Notes under the pieces: generated by a model
Told to the model about the DNA's origin: nothing
Database searches by the model: none
Seen by the model: the letters and a program-made list of their open reading frames with translations, nothing else
Shown: positions 54,495-62,741 of the stretch, in pieces
Numbering within the stretch: position 1 is the stretch's first letter
Layout of the letters: every line of letters begins with the position of its first letter
NCBI GenBank assembly: GCA_900767605.1
Contig: CAAFZT010000063.1
Location: 3,747-67,746, forward strand
Direction: 5' to 3'
DNA length: 64,000 nt
Source: Bacilli bacterium
Lineage (GTDB): Bacteria; Bacillota_I; Bacilli_A; RFN20; CAG-826
Program-made: the position numbers and the translations under genes

Positions 54495-55850
54495 ATGTAT
54501 TTTAAAAGAAAAATCGATGCAAAATTAGACGAGTGGCTCCGTAAAAAAGATTCATCCCCCGCGTTAGTCGCCGGGATTCGTCAATGTGGCAAAACCGAAA
54601 CGATTCGTGAATTCGCTAAGCGAAACGGAATGCAACTAATCGAAATCAATTTTTGGACCCATCCCGAATATCGTTCTGACTTCGAAGGGGATTTAGATAT
54701 CGTTACTTTGATGTCCAATCTTTCTTTGCGTTTCCCAAGTGCTTCTTTTGACCCGGACAAAACGCTTATTTTCTTCGATGAAATCCAGGATTGCCCCCGA
54801 GCAAGGCTGGCATTTAAAAATTTCAAAAACGATGGTCGGTTTCATGTAATCGGTAGCGGATCCTATCTCGGAATCAATGGATATGTCATCGGAGACGCTA
54901 CCCCCGCTCCAACAGGATATGAAGACGTGATCCCCATGAAGACCATGGATTTTGAAGAATTCTTATGGGCATCTGGATATAGCAATCAGCAAATCGATTC
55001 CTTGTACGAATATTTCATCTCCAGAAAACCCCTTCCCGAAAACGTGAATCAACTCTATTCCGACCTCTATTTAAAATACACCTGCATCGGCGGATTCCCC
55101 AAAGTCGTCAAGGAATATTTCAAGACGAAACGAATCGTGGAAGCTTATCGCGTCCTTCAAAGCACGATCTTCGATATGAAAAGCGACTTCGGGAGACGAA
55201 AAGACAAAAACGGATCCCCGTTATTTAAGGCATCCGAGGTTTCCCGAATCCAAAGCGTTTTCGATTTAATTCCGACCTTCTTGGCCAAAGAAAGCAAACG
55301 CTTCATCGTTTCCAAAATAGACGGTGGGACGCAATACGATAAAAATGACGCGATCGAATATCTCGAACAGGCCCATATCGTCTCCAAAGTCTATAACCTT
55401 GAAATTCCTTCTCTTCCCTTGGCAGGGCAGAAAATCACTTCTCAATTTAAGCTTTTTCCCGAGGATATCGGCATCGTCACCGCGATGTATGGAATCGATA
55501 CCGTCGCCGCGATTTATCGAGGCGATTTAGGGCAAGGAAAGGGGGCCATTTACGAGGCCTTGGTCTTTGATTCCTTAAGCAAAGCGGGAATCGAACCCTA
55601 TTATTTTGCAAAAAGCAGCGGACTAGAAATCGATTTTGTCATCGCTTATCAAGGTTATCCGACTTTAGTGGAATCCAAAGCGACGACCGGGAACGCCAAA
55701 TCAAGCAAAACAGTGATGAAACATACGGAGCATTATGGCAAAACCAAATGCATCAAAATCGGCAGCTACAACATCAGCGAGGAAGGAGATATTCTCACCA
55801 TTCCTCACTATTTAACCTTCTTATTAGGACGTACCTCTTACGATTTTTAG
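54495..55850 (+). CDS. AAA_14 / DUF4143-type ATPase (COG1373-like)
   Basis: 'GIRQCGKTE' Walker A, 'FFDEIQDCP' Walker B. SD is AAGGAGG. Confidence 0.75.
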   Translation: MYFKRKIDAKLDEWLRKKDSSPALVAGIRQCGKTETIREFAKRNGMQLIEINFWTHPEYRSDFEGDLDIVTLMSNLSLRFPSASFDPDKTLIFFDEIQDCPRARLAFKNFKNDGRFHVIGSGSYLGINGYVIGDATPAPTGYEDVIPMKTMDFEEFLWASGYSNQQIDSLYEYFISRKPLPENVNQLYSDLYLKYTCIGGFPKVVKEYFKTKRIVEAYRVLQSTIFDMKSDFGRRKDKNGSPLFKASEVSRIQSVFDLIPTFLAKESKRFIVSKIDGGTQYDKNDAIEYLEQAHIVSKVYNLEIPSLPLAGQKITSQFKLFPEDIGIVTAMYGIDTVAAIYRGDLGQGKGAIYEALVFDSLSKAGIEPYYFAKSSGLEIDFVIAYQGYPTLVESKATTGNAKSSKTVMKHTEHYGKTKCIKIGSYNISEEGDILTIPHYLTFLLGRTSYDF

Positions 55851-56440
55851 GCCGATTCGTATTCTTTTTCAATCAGTTTAATCAACAATCTCAAATTGGT
55901 CTTCTTGTAGAAGGAAGCTAACCTTTTTAGTTCGGTAAAATCGCAGGAAGCGAATTCGTCTTCGTCGAACCTCTTATCCTTGAATAATAGTTCCTTTAGT
56001 TCCTCCACGTTCTTCACGACCCTGTATTTGCAGAGGGAATCGCAGATGGCTTTTTCTTTACTCGCGATTTTAACGATATATTCCCCTTCTTCTAAATAGG
56101 TAAGCCCGTAATGGAACACCTTGGAGGGGACGTCGCCATATTCAAATCGGCCAAAATGGTTGCAAAAGGTTTTGTTCTTGTGGATTTGCAGGCTTGCCGA
56201 GGTGATGGAAACAACGCGTTCAGGGATGAGCCCATAATAAGACAATGCCCATTCAAAGCTTAAATAGGACGGGGATAAAATCGAAGAGGCGAGTAGATAG
56301 GGCTCGGCGTGGGGATTTGTTTCGTAAAGACCCCTCGTTAAGCGAAATAGAATTCCTTTATCCGCGTCGCGCTTGATTTTGTCCAAAGGATTCGCATAAT
56401 CGCGATATCTCTCCTTCAGCATCGAAATCGTAACAATCAT
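55847..56440 (-). CDS. AbiEi-family antitoxin-like protein (orphan; no AbiEii partner seen)
   Basis: 'GILFRLTRGLYE' and 'SYLSFEWALSYYGLIPE' match the AbiEi pattern. Overlaps the converging gene by 4 nt. Confidence 0.65.
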   Translation of the reverse strand: MIVTISMLKERYRDYANPLDKIKRDADKGILFRLTRGLYETNPHAEPYLLASSILSPSYLSFEWALSYYGLIPERVVSITSASLQIHKNKTFCNHFGRFEYGDVPSKVFHYGLTYLEEGEYIVKIASKEKAICDSLCKYRVVKNVEELKELLFKDKRFDEDEFASCDFTELKRLASFYKKTNLRLLIKLIEKEYESA

Positions 56441-56594
56441 TTTTGCTCCTCTAAATACAATTATATTGGATTATGCGGAGCAATTAAATAGGGAATCTTT
56501 TTGCCCTGTATTGTCCTGTAATCTCCCTTATTTTTAGGGGAATAAGCATTTTGAAGCCAAAAATGAAAAGCGGCTGATCATCGAATGAATTTCC

Positions 56595-56630
56595 AAAAAT
56601 AGTGAAAAAATAGTGAAAAAATAGTGAAAT
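56595..56630. repeat. 3 copies of an 11-bp tandem repeat, AAAAATAGTGA
   Basis: AAAAATAGTGAAAAAATAGTGAAAAAATAGTGAAAT. Confidence 0.9.
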
Positions 56631-56877
56631 CCGCCCCATAAAATAGCGACATCGATTATAACCTTAGAAACCCGTTTTCGGAAAAATGTGTAAATTGTTC
56701 TAAGAAAAGTCGGAAAAATGTGTTTTTCATGATTTCGGCCCAGAAAAAGAATGCCTGCGAACAGTCTGGATTCGGAAGTGTAAAACGGCTATAAGCCCCT
56801 TGCCAGGCGCAGTTCTGGCAAAAGTTAATTCTCATATCATCCTGACAATGACTCTCTTTATGGCCTGTTTCCCCTTT

Positions 56878-57072
56878 ACCATCCTAATGACCATCCTAAT
56901 GACCATCCTATTAGAAATATCTATATAGTGTAGTTTGTTTATCCGACCATAAAAATAGTATTTTTCATCGATAAATGGCCGAATATTACAATTTTTTCTT
57001 ACTTCAAATTAGTTGTCTTTCATTTCAAAAAAGAATGACCGTCCTATTGACCATCCTATTAAACCATCCTAT
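56878..57072. repeat. Two triplets of a 12-bp ACCATCCTA-type repeat flanking the promoter region of 57103..58806
   Basis: ACCATCCTAATG x2 then ACCATCCTATTA (56878-56913). GACCGTCCTATT, GACCATCCTATT, AAACCATCCTAT (57037-57072). Confidence 0.9.
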
Positions 57073-57102
57073 ATTAAATTTACATTGCGAGGCACCCAAG
57101 AA

Positions 57103-58806
57103 ATGAATGAATCAAAAGAGTTGGAATTTAAGGTTGTTTTAGACCGAAAGCACCCCGAACACTGGATGAAAACCGTGTGTGCCTTCGCCATGACTAACGG
57201 TGGCAAACTCATGGTTGGTTATCAGGATGACGGCGCTTTTGTTGGTGTCCCCTCCGAAAATGTTGACGACGAAGTTCAATACGCCGTCAATCAGTTCCGC
57301 TATCTTTCTAAGCCCATGGTTGCATACGACGTTCGTTACGAAGAACGCCCAGAATTTCCAGGACGGAAGGGGATTATTTTCCAGATTCAGCCCCGCAAAG
57401 AAATCACTTGGCTCACCCCTCATGATCATAGTCCTCTCGCCTATATTCGCGAGGAAAGAGCAACTCTCCCCGCCCCCGTCGAAGTATTGCAAGAACGGCT
57501 GCTGGAATCCTTAACCACGCCTTACGATTCCGTTAGCATAGGAGTTAAACGAAGCGAGGTATCTTTTTCCCTTCTTTCTGATTTATATGCCAGCAAGCAC
57601 GAGGGGCGACCTTTGACCGAACGAGATTTAGCTTCTTTTGGTTTGGTGGACAAGAATGGCTTTTTAACCATAACTGGCTACGCATTTTGCGATGATAGCG
57701 ACTATTTCAACGCCCAAGTTCTTTGCACCACCTGGCCCGAAACCGATAAAGGGGGGCGCAATTATCTCGACTCCAAGACATTTTCGGGGTCCATTTTGCA
57801 ACTAATCGAAAAAATGATGGATTACGTTCACGGAGTTATGTTCTTTCAATTTGGTGGGGTCAAAAAAGGGATGTTTCGCGAAGAGGACGGTTCTTTTTCC
57901 ACCGCTTCTTTGCGCGAAGCTTTCGTGAACGCCGTCGCTCACCGAGACTATCGCCTCTCCGGGCCGATTTCTTTGCAATGTTTCCCTGACCGAATTGAAA
58001 TCACCTCCCCTGGATCCATGCGTTCTTTAAAGTCGGTAACGAATATGCCTCTAATTGGGGTGGAATCGGATCGAAGAAACCAGACGATTTCCGCGATGCT
58101 CGCCCGAATCGGCTTGATGGAAGAAAGAGGGTCGGGATTTGATTTGATTCTAAACGACTACTCCTTATTAGATGAGCGTTATACTCCGCGCATCACCGCG
58201 ACCAAAACCTACTTCACCTTATCGCTTAAAAACAAAAAATACGATTACGGTTCCCTTTTAGGAGTCGCTAATGGAACCAGTTCTCTCGTCCACGTTCCCA
58301 ACACCCCAATGTTTTCTTCGCGCGAATCTCTTTACAAAGAAAATCTAAAATATCCCCTTGTCGAAGATTTGATCCGTCAAAATCCAAACGCCAAATTTGC
58401 CGATATTCAAAAAGGAACCGGATTAACTCTAGGTGGAGCAAAATACTTAATCACAGCCATGAAAAAAGCTTGTTTGATCCGGAGGGAGGGAAATCCCGTC
58501 AATGGTCATTACGAAGTCGTTCAAGACTCCGATCGCCCCGCGGATTTTCTCCGTCTTGACATAGAAAGCCGTACCAAAGCCGTCGCGTGGTGCGTTCGTT
58601 ATTTTATGGTTTCTTCTACTTACGATCCCAGGTGCACTTCCATTGAATTAAAAGGGACATTGGAGGCTTTTGATGGCACTTATTTAAGCAACGGGCAATT
58701 CAAAGGCGCAATGCTTTTATCGGGATATAAACCTCAAAATGAAGAAGACTTAAATTGGGTTTTTTCCGTCTCGGAGAAATCTCCCGCCTTTCATCTCAAA
58801 AAATAG
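57103..58806 (+). CDS. AlbA_2 / HATPase_c_4-like / wHTH protein (COG2865-like) with an extended C-terminus
   Basis: Start moved to ATG 57103 ('MNESKELEFKVVLD', the typical AlbA_2 N-terminus). 'REAFVNAVAHRDY', 'EERGSGFDLI'. The wHTH contains 'IRQNPNAKFADI'. Confidence 0.7.
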   Translation: MNESKELEFKVVLDRKHPEHWMKTVCAFAMTNGGKLMVGYQDDGAFVGVPSENVDDEVQYAVNQFRYLSKPMVAYDVRYEERPEFPGRKGIIFQIQPRKEITWLTPHDHSPLAYIREERATLPAPVEVLQERLLESLTTPYDSVSIGVKRSEVSFSLLSDLYASKHEGRPLTERDLASFGLVDKNGFLTITGYAFCDDSDYFNAQVLCTTWPETDKGGRNYLDSKTFSGSILQLIEKMMDYVHGVMFFQFGGVKKGMFREEDGSFSTASLREAFVNAVAHRDYRLSGPISLQCFPDRIEITSPGSMRSLKSVTNMPLIGVESDRRNQTISAMLARIGLMEERGSGFDLILNDYSLLDERYTPRITATKTYFTLSLKNKKYDYGSLLGVANGTSSLVHVPNTPMFSSRESLYKENLKYPLVEDLIRQNPNAKFADIQKGTGLTLGGAKYLITAMKKACLIRREGNPVNGHYEVVQDSDRPADFLRLDIESRTKAVAWCVRYFMVSSTYDPRCTSIELKGTLEAFDGTYLSNGQFKGAMLLSGYKPQNEEDLNWVFSVSEKSPAFHLKK

Positions 58807-58818
58807 ATTGTGATTTCT

Positions 58819-58837
58819 AGGGCTTATAGCCCTTTTC
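58819..58837 (+). terminator. Probable intrinsic terminator
   Basis: AGGGCT-TAT-AGCCCT followed by TTTC. Confidence 0.5.
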
Positions 58838-58851
58838 GGCATGGTTGGCCA

Positions 58852-58880
58852 TTGACAGGAAAAAGGAGTATCGATAAACT
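58852..58880 (+). promoter_or_regulatory. Sigma-A-type promoter driving the riboswitch
   Basis: TTGACA-17 nt-TAAACT, ending about 7 nt before the aptamer. Confidence 0.6.
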
Positions 58881-58886
58881 ACGAAT

Positions 58887-58980
58887 CGATAAAGGCAAAA
58901 CCTGGGTAACCAGGCGACGCAAAGCTACAGGGCCCCGAAGGAGGCAGCCAGCTCCCGAGAAGTGGAGTGGCTTCTTTTTG
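58887..58980 (+). promoter_or_regulatory. c-di-GMP-I (GEMM-I) riboswitch with terminator-type expression platform
   Basis: AUAAAGGCAAAACC-UGG-GUAA-CCA-GG-CGACGCAAAGCUACAGGGCC matches the GEMM-I core, including the GNRA hairpin. It is followed by AGCCAGCUCC-N8-GGAGUGGCU and UCUUUUU (58945-58979). Confidence 0.8.
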
Positions 58981-59090
58981 GGCAATTGAAGCGTTGTACT
59001 CCCTTCAAAAATTGGGCAAAATATCTTATCTCTCCTTTAGGAGAGTTCATTTTCGTGTGTTATGCGCGCGAACGAAAGGAGGCACTTCCT

Positions 59091-60098
59091 TTGGGTAAAC
59101 CAACTTCCAATCCGCCAAGCGACTCCGCTTTTCCCTCGCCAAGCTATAAAATGAGCGAGAAAATCGCAAGGCGTAGAAAAGCCAAGAAAATCGCAACGAT
59201 CGTCGGGGCTACCGGGTTAGCCGGGGTCACTTTATTTTCGATTATTGCTTTTTTAGGTCGCGTCTCGGGCAATTTCACCGTCAATATCAATCAATCTTCT
59301 AATCTTGCTCGGCTTCAATTATCCGAGACTAAGGACTTCGCTTCTCCTAGTGTCCACCTCAAAGCTCCGGGGCTAGATAACGCCTCCTGTGCTTCTAGCG
59401 ACGACGTTTTGAAAGTGGGGGATGAAGCTAATATCGCTGAAAATGGCGGTTCGTACTCCGAAAAATTAGATGAAATTCGTTATGATGAAGACGGGAATGA
59501 AAACTCGCGGATCAATCGCGGTTTGATTTATTCTTGCTTCTTACTCAATCCTAGCTCGGTCGCGGTCAAATTCGACTTGAGTCTAGTGATGACGGGTTAT
59601 TCTTCTCCTTCCAATGCGGCGGTAGAGCCTTATTCCCTCTTACGGGTAGGGATTTGGCATACCCGTTTTGCCATGGATGGGGTGGCCGAGGCGAGCTTAT
59701 TCAAGTGCTTTGCCGCGGATAATACGACCGTCAGGTATTCGGGAGATGGCATCCGTATCGAAGACGATCCCCGCGAATACGTGGGGGAATCCCATTTGAT
59801 GCGAGGGACCCATTCGGGAGAAAACATCACCTATCGACGTTTGGACCAAACAATTGCCACCGATCCTAGGAGCCAGCAAAAAGCGGATAGCTTCACCGGT
59901 TACCTGGGGGGAGAAGGCATCTTCTCCGAGCGTTACCGTGCGGATAACGAATACCAAATCAACGCCCTGCAGCCGGGACAAATGTCGCGCTTCACCTTCG
60001 CCTTCTGGTTCGAAGGGGGCGACCCCGATTGCCAAGGTCCGACTCCTCAGGGAGCCTCGATGACCTTCCAAATGAATTTCACCCCTTCCGTTTTATAA
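59091..60098 (+). CDS. TasA-like family secreted protein (divergent signal)
   Basis: A TTG start at 59091 has AAGGAGG 8 nt upstream (ATG 59151 is the alternative; the track start 58962 lies inside the riboswitch). 'NINQSSNLARLQLS' and C-terminal 'FAFWFEGGDPDCQGPTPQGASMTFQMNF' match the family blocks. Confidence 0.6.
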   Translation: MGKPTSNPPSDSAFPSPSYKMSEKIARRRKAKKIATIVGATGLAGVTLFSIIAFLGRVSGNFTVNINQSSNLARLQLSETKDFASPSVHLKAPGLDNASCASSDDVLKVGDEANIAENGGSYSEKLDEIRYDEDGNENSRINRGLIYSCFLLNPSSVAVKFDLSLVMTGYSSPSNAAVEPYSLLRVGIWHTRFAMDGVAEASLFKCFAADNTTVRYSGDGIRIEDDPREYVGESHLMRGTHSGENITYRRLDQTIATDPRSQQKADSFTGYLGGEGIFSERYRADNEYQINALQPGQMSRFTFAFWFEGGDPDCQGPTPQGASMTFQMNFTPSVL

Positions 60099-60104
60099 AC
60101 CATC

Positions 60105-61184
60105 ATGAAAAAGAATCCGTCCAAAAAGACAACGCATTCCAAAGCCCTCCTGGGAATAGGGGCGCTTTCGCTTGGACTGACTCTTTCTAGCTTGGCTACC
60201 GCGACTTATGCCTAGTTTGATATCGTCACAAGCGCATCGCTAGACCAAATCGAAATGAGTTTTGGGGGAGCCCCAAGTCTAGAGATGGGATTAAAAGATA
60301 CGGAAGGAAATATCCATTACGCTTCTAGTTGGAACGATGCGTCTTTGCAAGAATTAGACCCCACTTACGTTCCGTTTGAGCCCTTAAAAGAAGTTTCTTC
60401 CATGTTTGAATCGAGTTGGAATCATTCTTCGATGGATTCTTCTTCGGCATTCCCTCTTCTCTATGAGCCTTTCTACGCGAGCCAAGATCCGACTTCAACT
60501 CCTGTAGCTAAAGACGGATTTCTCCAATACGAAATGTTCTTCCGTAGCGACCGTAACCTCTATTTGTTCCTAGACGGGGCGACCAAAATCTCCCCCTTAA
60601 AGGAATTGAATAAGTCCCGCGCGGAGGAAATCAATGCCCAAACGGGTTCTTCGTTAAAAGGATCCGACCTCGACCAAGTCGTCGATGCGGTGCGGGCGAG
60701 TTTCTTTAGTGAGACCAGCTTCTACATCTGTTCTCCTAGTGGCTCTTCTTCCGTGACCTACGGAGGTCTCCTCGACCTCGATAAAGACGGGTATTATGAC
60801 TCAAGGGAGGGCAAAGAAATCGTCTATGGGGATTATGCGGGAACTCCACTTTATGGGGAGCCCCTTAGCGAAGATAGCTTATCTCCTTCTAGCCCCAATG
60901 CCTTCGAGGCCAAACACCAAAAAGGGATTTCGCCTTGGCTCCATAACGACGTCGGCTTCCAAAAGGAAACCTCCTATTCCGTCGAAGAACTCGCGTTAAG
61001 CAAATCCGCTTCCTATTTCGATGCTTCTACCATGAAGCCCCTCGCCCACTTAAAAGCCAACGTCCCCACGCGGCTTGTCTTCACCCTCTACGCCGAAGGG
61101 TGGGACCATCATCTCACCGAGAAGATCGCTAACGGCGCCTTCTCCCTTCATTTAGCCTTTACCGGACTTGAATCCGCCAAATAA
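60105..61184 (+). pseudogene. TasA-like gene with SipW-cognate signal, interrupted by an in-frame TAG at the conserved Trp codon
   Basis: ATG 60105 gives 'MKKNPSKKTTHSKALLGIGALSLGLTLSSLATATYA*FDIV', with TAG at 60213-60215 where paralogs have the W of 'AWF'. It is in the same frame as track ORF 60255..61184. C-terminal 'LVFTLYAEGWDHH' block. Confidence 0.65.
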
Positions 61185-61199
61185 AAAAGGAGCACCATT

Positions 61200-62741
61200 A
61201 TGTCAGACTACTTCCAGTACCTTAAGGAATTCCTCATTGCCTTCTTTGCGAACATCGGCCACTGGTTCAACGACCGCTTCGCCGGTCCTTGGGCCCGCGT
61301 CCCCGGGGAATTTGAGAATTATTCCTCTTTATTAAGGACCTATTCCCCCGGATTTGGATTCTGGGGATGGCTCTTCTATGTGCTTTTCTTGCTCCTAGCC
61401 ATCGCCTTGATCGGCTCCATTCTCTTCTTCATTGGGTATTTTATTTACCGGTACGTCAAATTCTATAAGAAGGAATCCGCAGCCGATCGCATGCAGGCCC
61501 AAATCGAAGAGCTTAATTACGAACTCTATCAAGCCTTGGCCGAAAAAGACCGCATCCTTGGCCTTCAATTCGAAGGAATGGGCGGCAAAGCTCCTGCTAA
61601 AATCGGGCCCAAGGGCGAAAAGGAAGAAGAAACTAGCGGAACCGGGCCGCGCTTCCCGCGCCTTGCTCTTGTGGATTCCCGTTATGCCACCCCGATGTCT
61701 CCGACCGAACTCCCCACGGACGCTCAAGATATTAGCCTTGTCGGGATTTGTGAACGCTTCCGCTTGTTCGCCTGCTCCCAGATGGGACTTTATTACACCC
61801 CGGAAGTCGTCCGGCAATTCTTCGCCGCGATGGGAACGGGCAAAATCATCATTTTGGAAGGGATTTCCGGCACCGGTAAAACCTCGCTTCCTTATTGCTT
61901 AGGACGTTTCTTTAAACATAACGCGGCCATCTGCTCCGTCCAGCCTTCTTGGCATGACCGCAGCGAGTTACTAGGCTATTACAATGACTTCACCCATAAA
62001 TTCACCGAGACCGAATTCCTCCGCGCGATTTATGAAGCCACGTATCGCGATGACATCAACATCGTCGTCCTCGACGAAATGAACCTCGCCCGTATCGAGT
62101 ACTATTTTGCCGAATTCCTCTCCATCATGGAAATGCCAAACGTCAACGAATGGAATATTTCCCTCGTTGCCGCTCCGCAACCCGATGACCCCAAGCACCT
62201 CCGCGATGGAAGGTTACTCATTCCGCAGAACATTTGGTTCGTGGGCACCGCCAATAACGATGACTCCACCTTCACGATCACCGATAAGGTTTATGATCGT
62301 GCCATGTCCTTATTCTTTGATAATAAAGGGATTGCTTTTGAAGCTCCTTATACCGATCCGCTTCCTCTTCCTTATCATTATTTTAAATCCCTCTTCGACC
62401 AAGCGATGGTCGATCACCCTTTAAGCGAAGCCACCTTAACCAAATTCCAGTCTTTGGATAGTTTTGTCATCGATCACTTCAAGCTCGCCTTTGGTAACCG
62501 TATCATGAAGCAGCTTGGCGAATTCGTTCCTTGCTATGTGGGGTGCGGCGGAACAGAACTAGAAGCCGTCGACTACGTTTTCTGCTCGAAGATTCTCAAG
62601 AAATTCGAAGTCTTAAATGTTGGATTCCTCCGCGACGAATTACTCGCCCTCGATAAAGAATTGGTGCGTCTATTTGGCAAAGGAGAATTCGTTTTATCCC
62701 ACAAGAAGATCAAATCCTTCTTGAAGCAATCGCAAGAATAA
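61200..62741 (+). CDS. Membrane-anchored McrB-family AAA+ NTPase (paralog of 18859..20772)
   Basis: 'GISGTGKTS', 'VVLDEMNLARIEYYFAEFLSIMEMP', 'FVGTANNDDSTFTITDKVYDRA'. N-terminal hydrophobic segment 'FGFWGWLFYVLFLLLAIALIGSILFFIGYFIY'. Shared 'FP.L..(I/V)D..Y' block. Confidence 0.7.
   Translation: MSDYFQYLKEFLIAFFANIGHWFNDRFAGPWARVPGEFENYSSLLRTYSPGFGFWGWLFYVLFLLLAIALIGSILFFIGYFIYRYVKFYKKESAADRMQAQIEELNYELYQALAEKDRILGLQFEGMGGKAPAKIGPKGEKEEETSGTGPRFPRLALVDSRYATPMSPTELPTDAQDISLVGICERFRLFACSQMGLYYTPEVVRQFFAAMGTGKIIILEGISGTGKTSLPYCLGRFFKHNAAICSVQPSWHDRSELLGYYNDFTHKFTETEFLRAIYEATYRDDINIVVLDEMNLARIEYYFAEFLSIMEMPNVNEWNISLVAAPQPDDPKHLRDGRLLIPQNIWFVGTANNDDSTFTITDKVYDRAMSLFFDNKGIAFEAPYTDPLPLPYHYFKSLFDQAMVDHPLSEATLTKFQSLDSFVIDHFKLAFGNRIMKQLGEFVPCYVGCGGTELEAVDYVFCSKILKKFEVLNVGFLRDELLALDKELVRLFGKGEFVLSHKKIKSFLKQSQE

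Noticed and set aside
57013-57102. N-terminal extensions in the ORF track. Affected ORFs are 57013 for 57103..58806, 58962 for 59091..60098, 25236 for 24376..25140, 33247 for 33286..34779, 32727 for 31849..32700, 17543 for the ABC ATPase and 20889 for the McrB-like gene.
   Set aside because: The extensions run through tandem repeats, the riboswitch, a leader hairpin or the upstream gene, and they lack SD sites. Internal starts have SD sites and give family-typical N-termini.
60213-60215. TAG as a sense codon (alternative genetic code or pyrrolysine-like recoding).
   Set aside because: TAG terminates other well-supported genes in the window (50858-50860 and 52292-52294), and no Pyl machinery is visible. 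A point mutation or sequencing error at a TGG codon is simpler.
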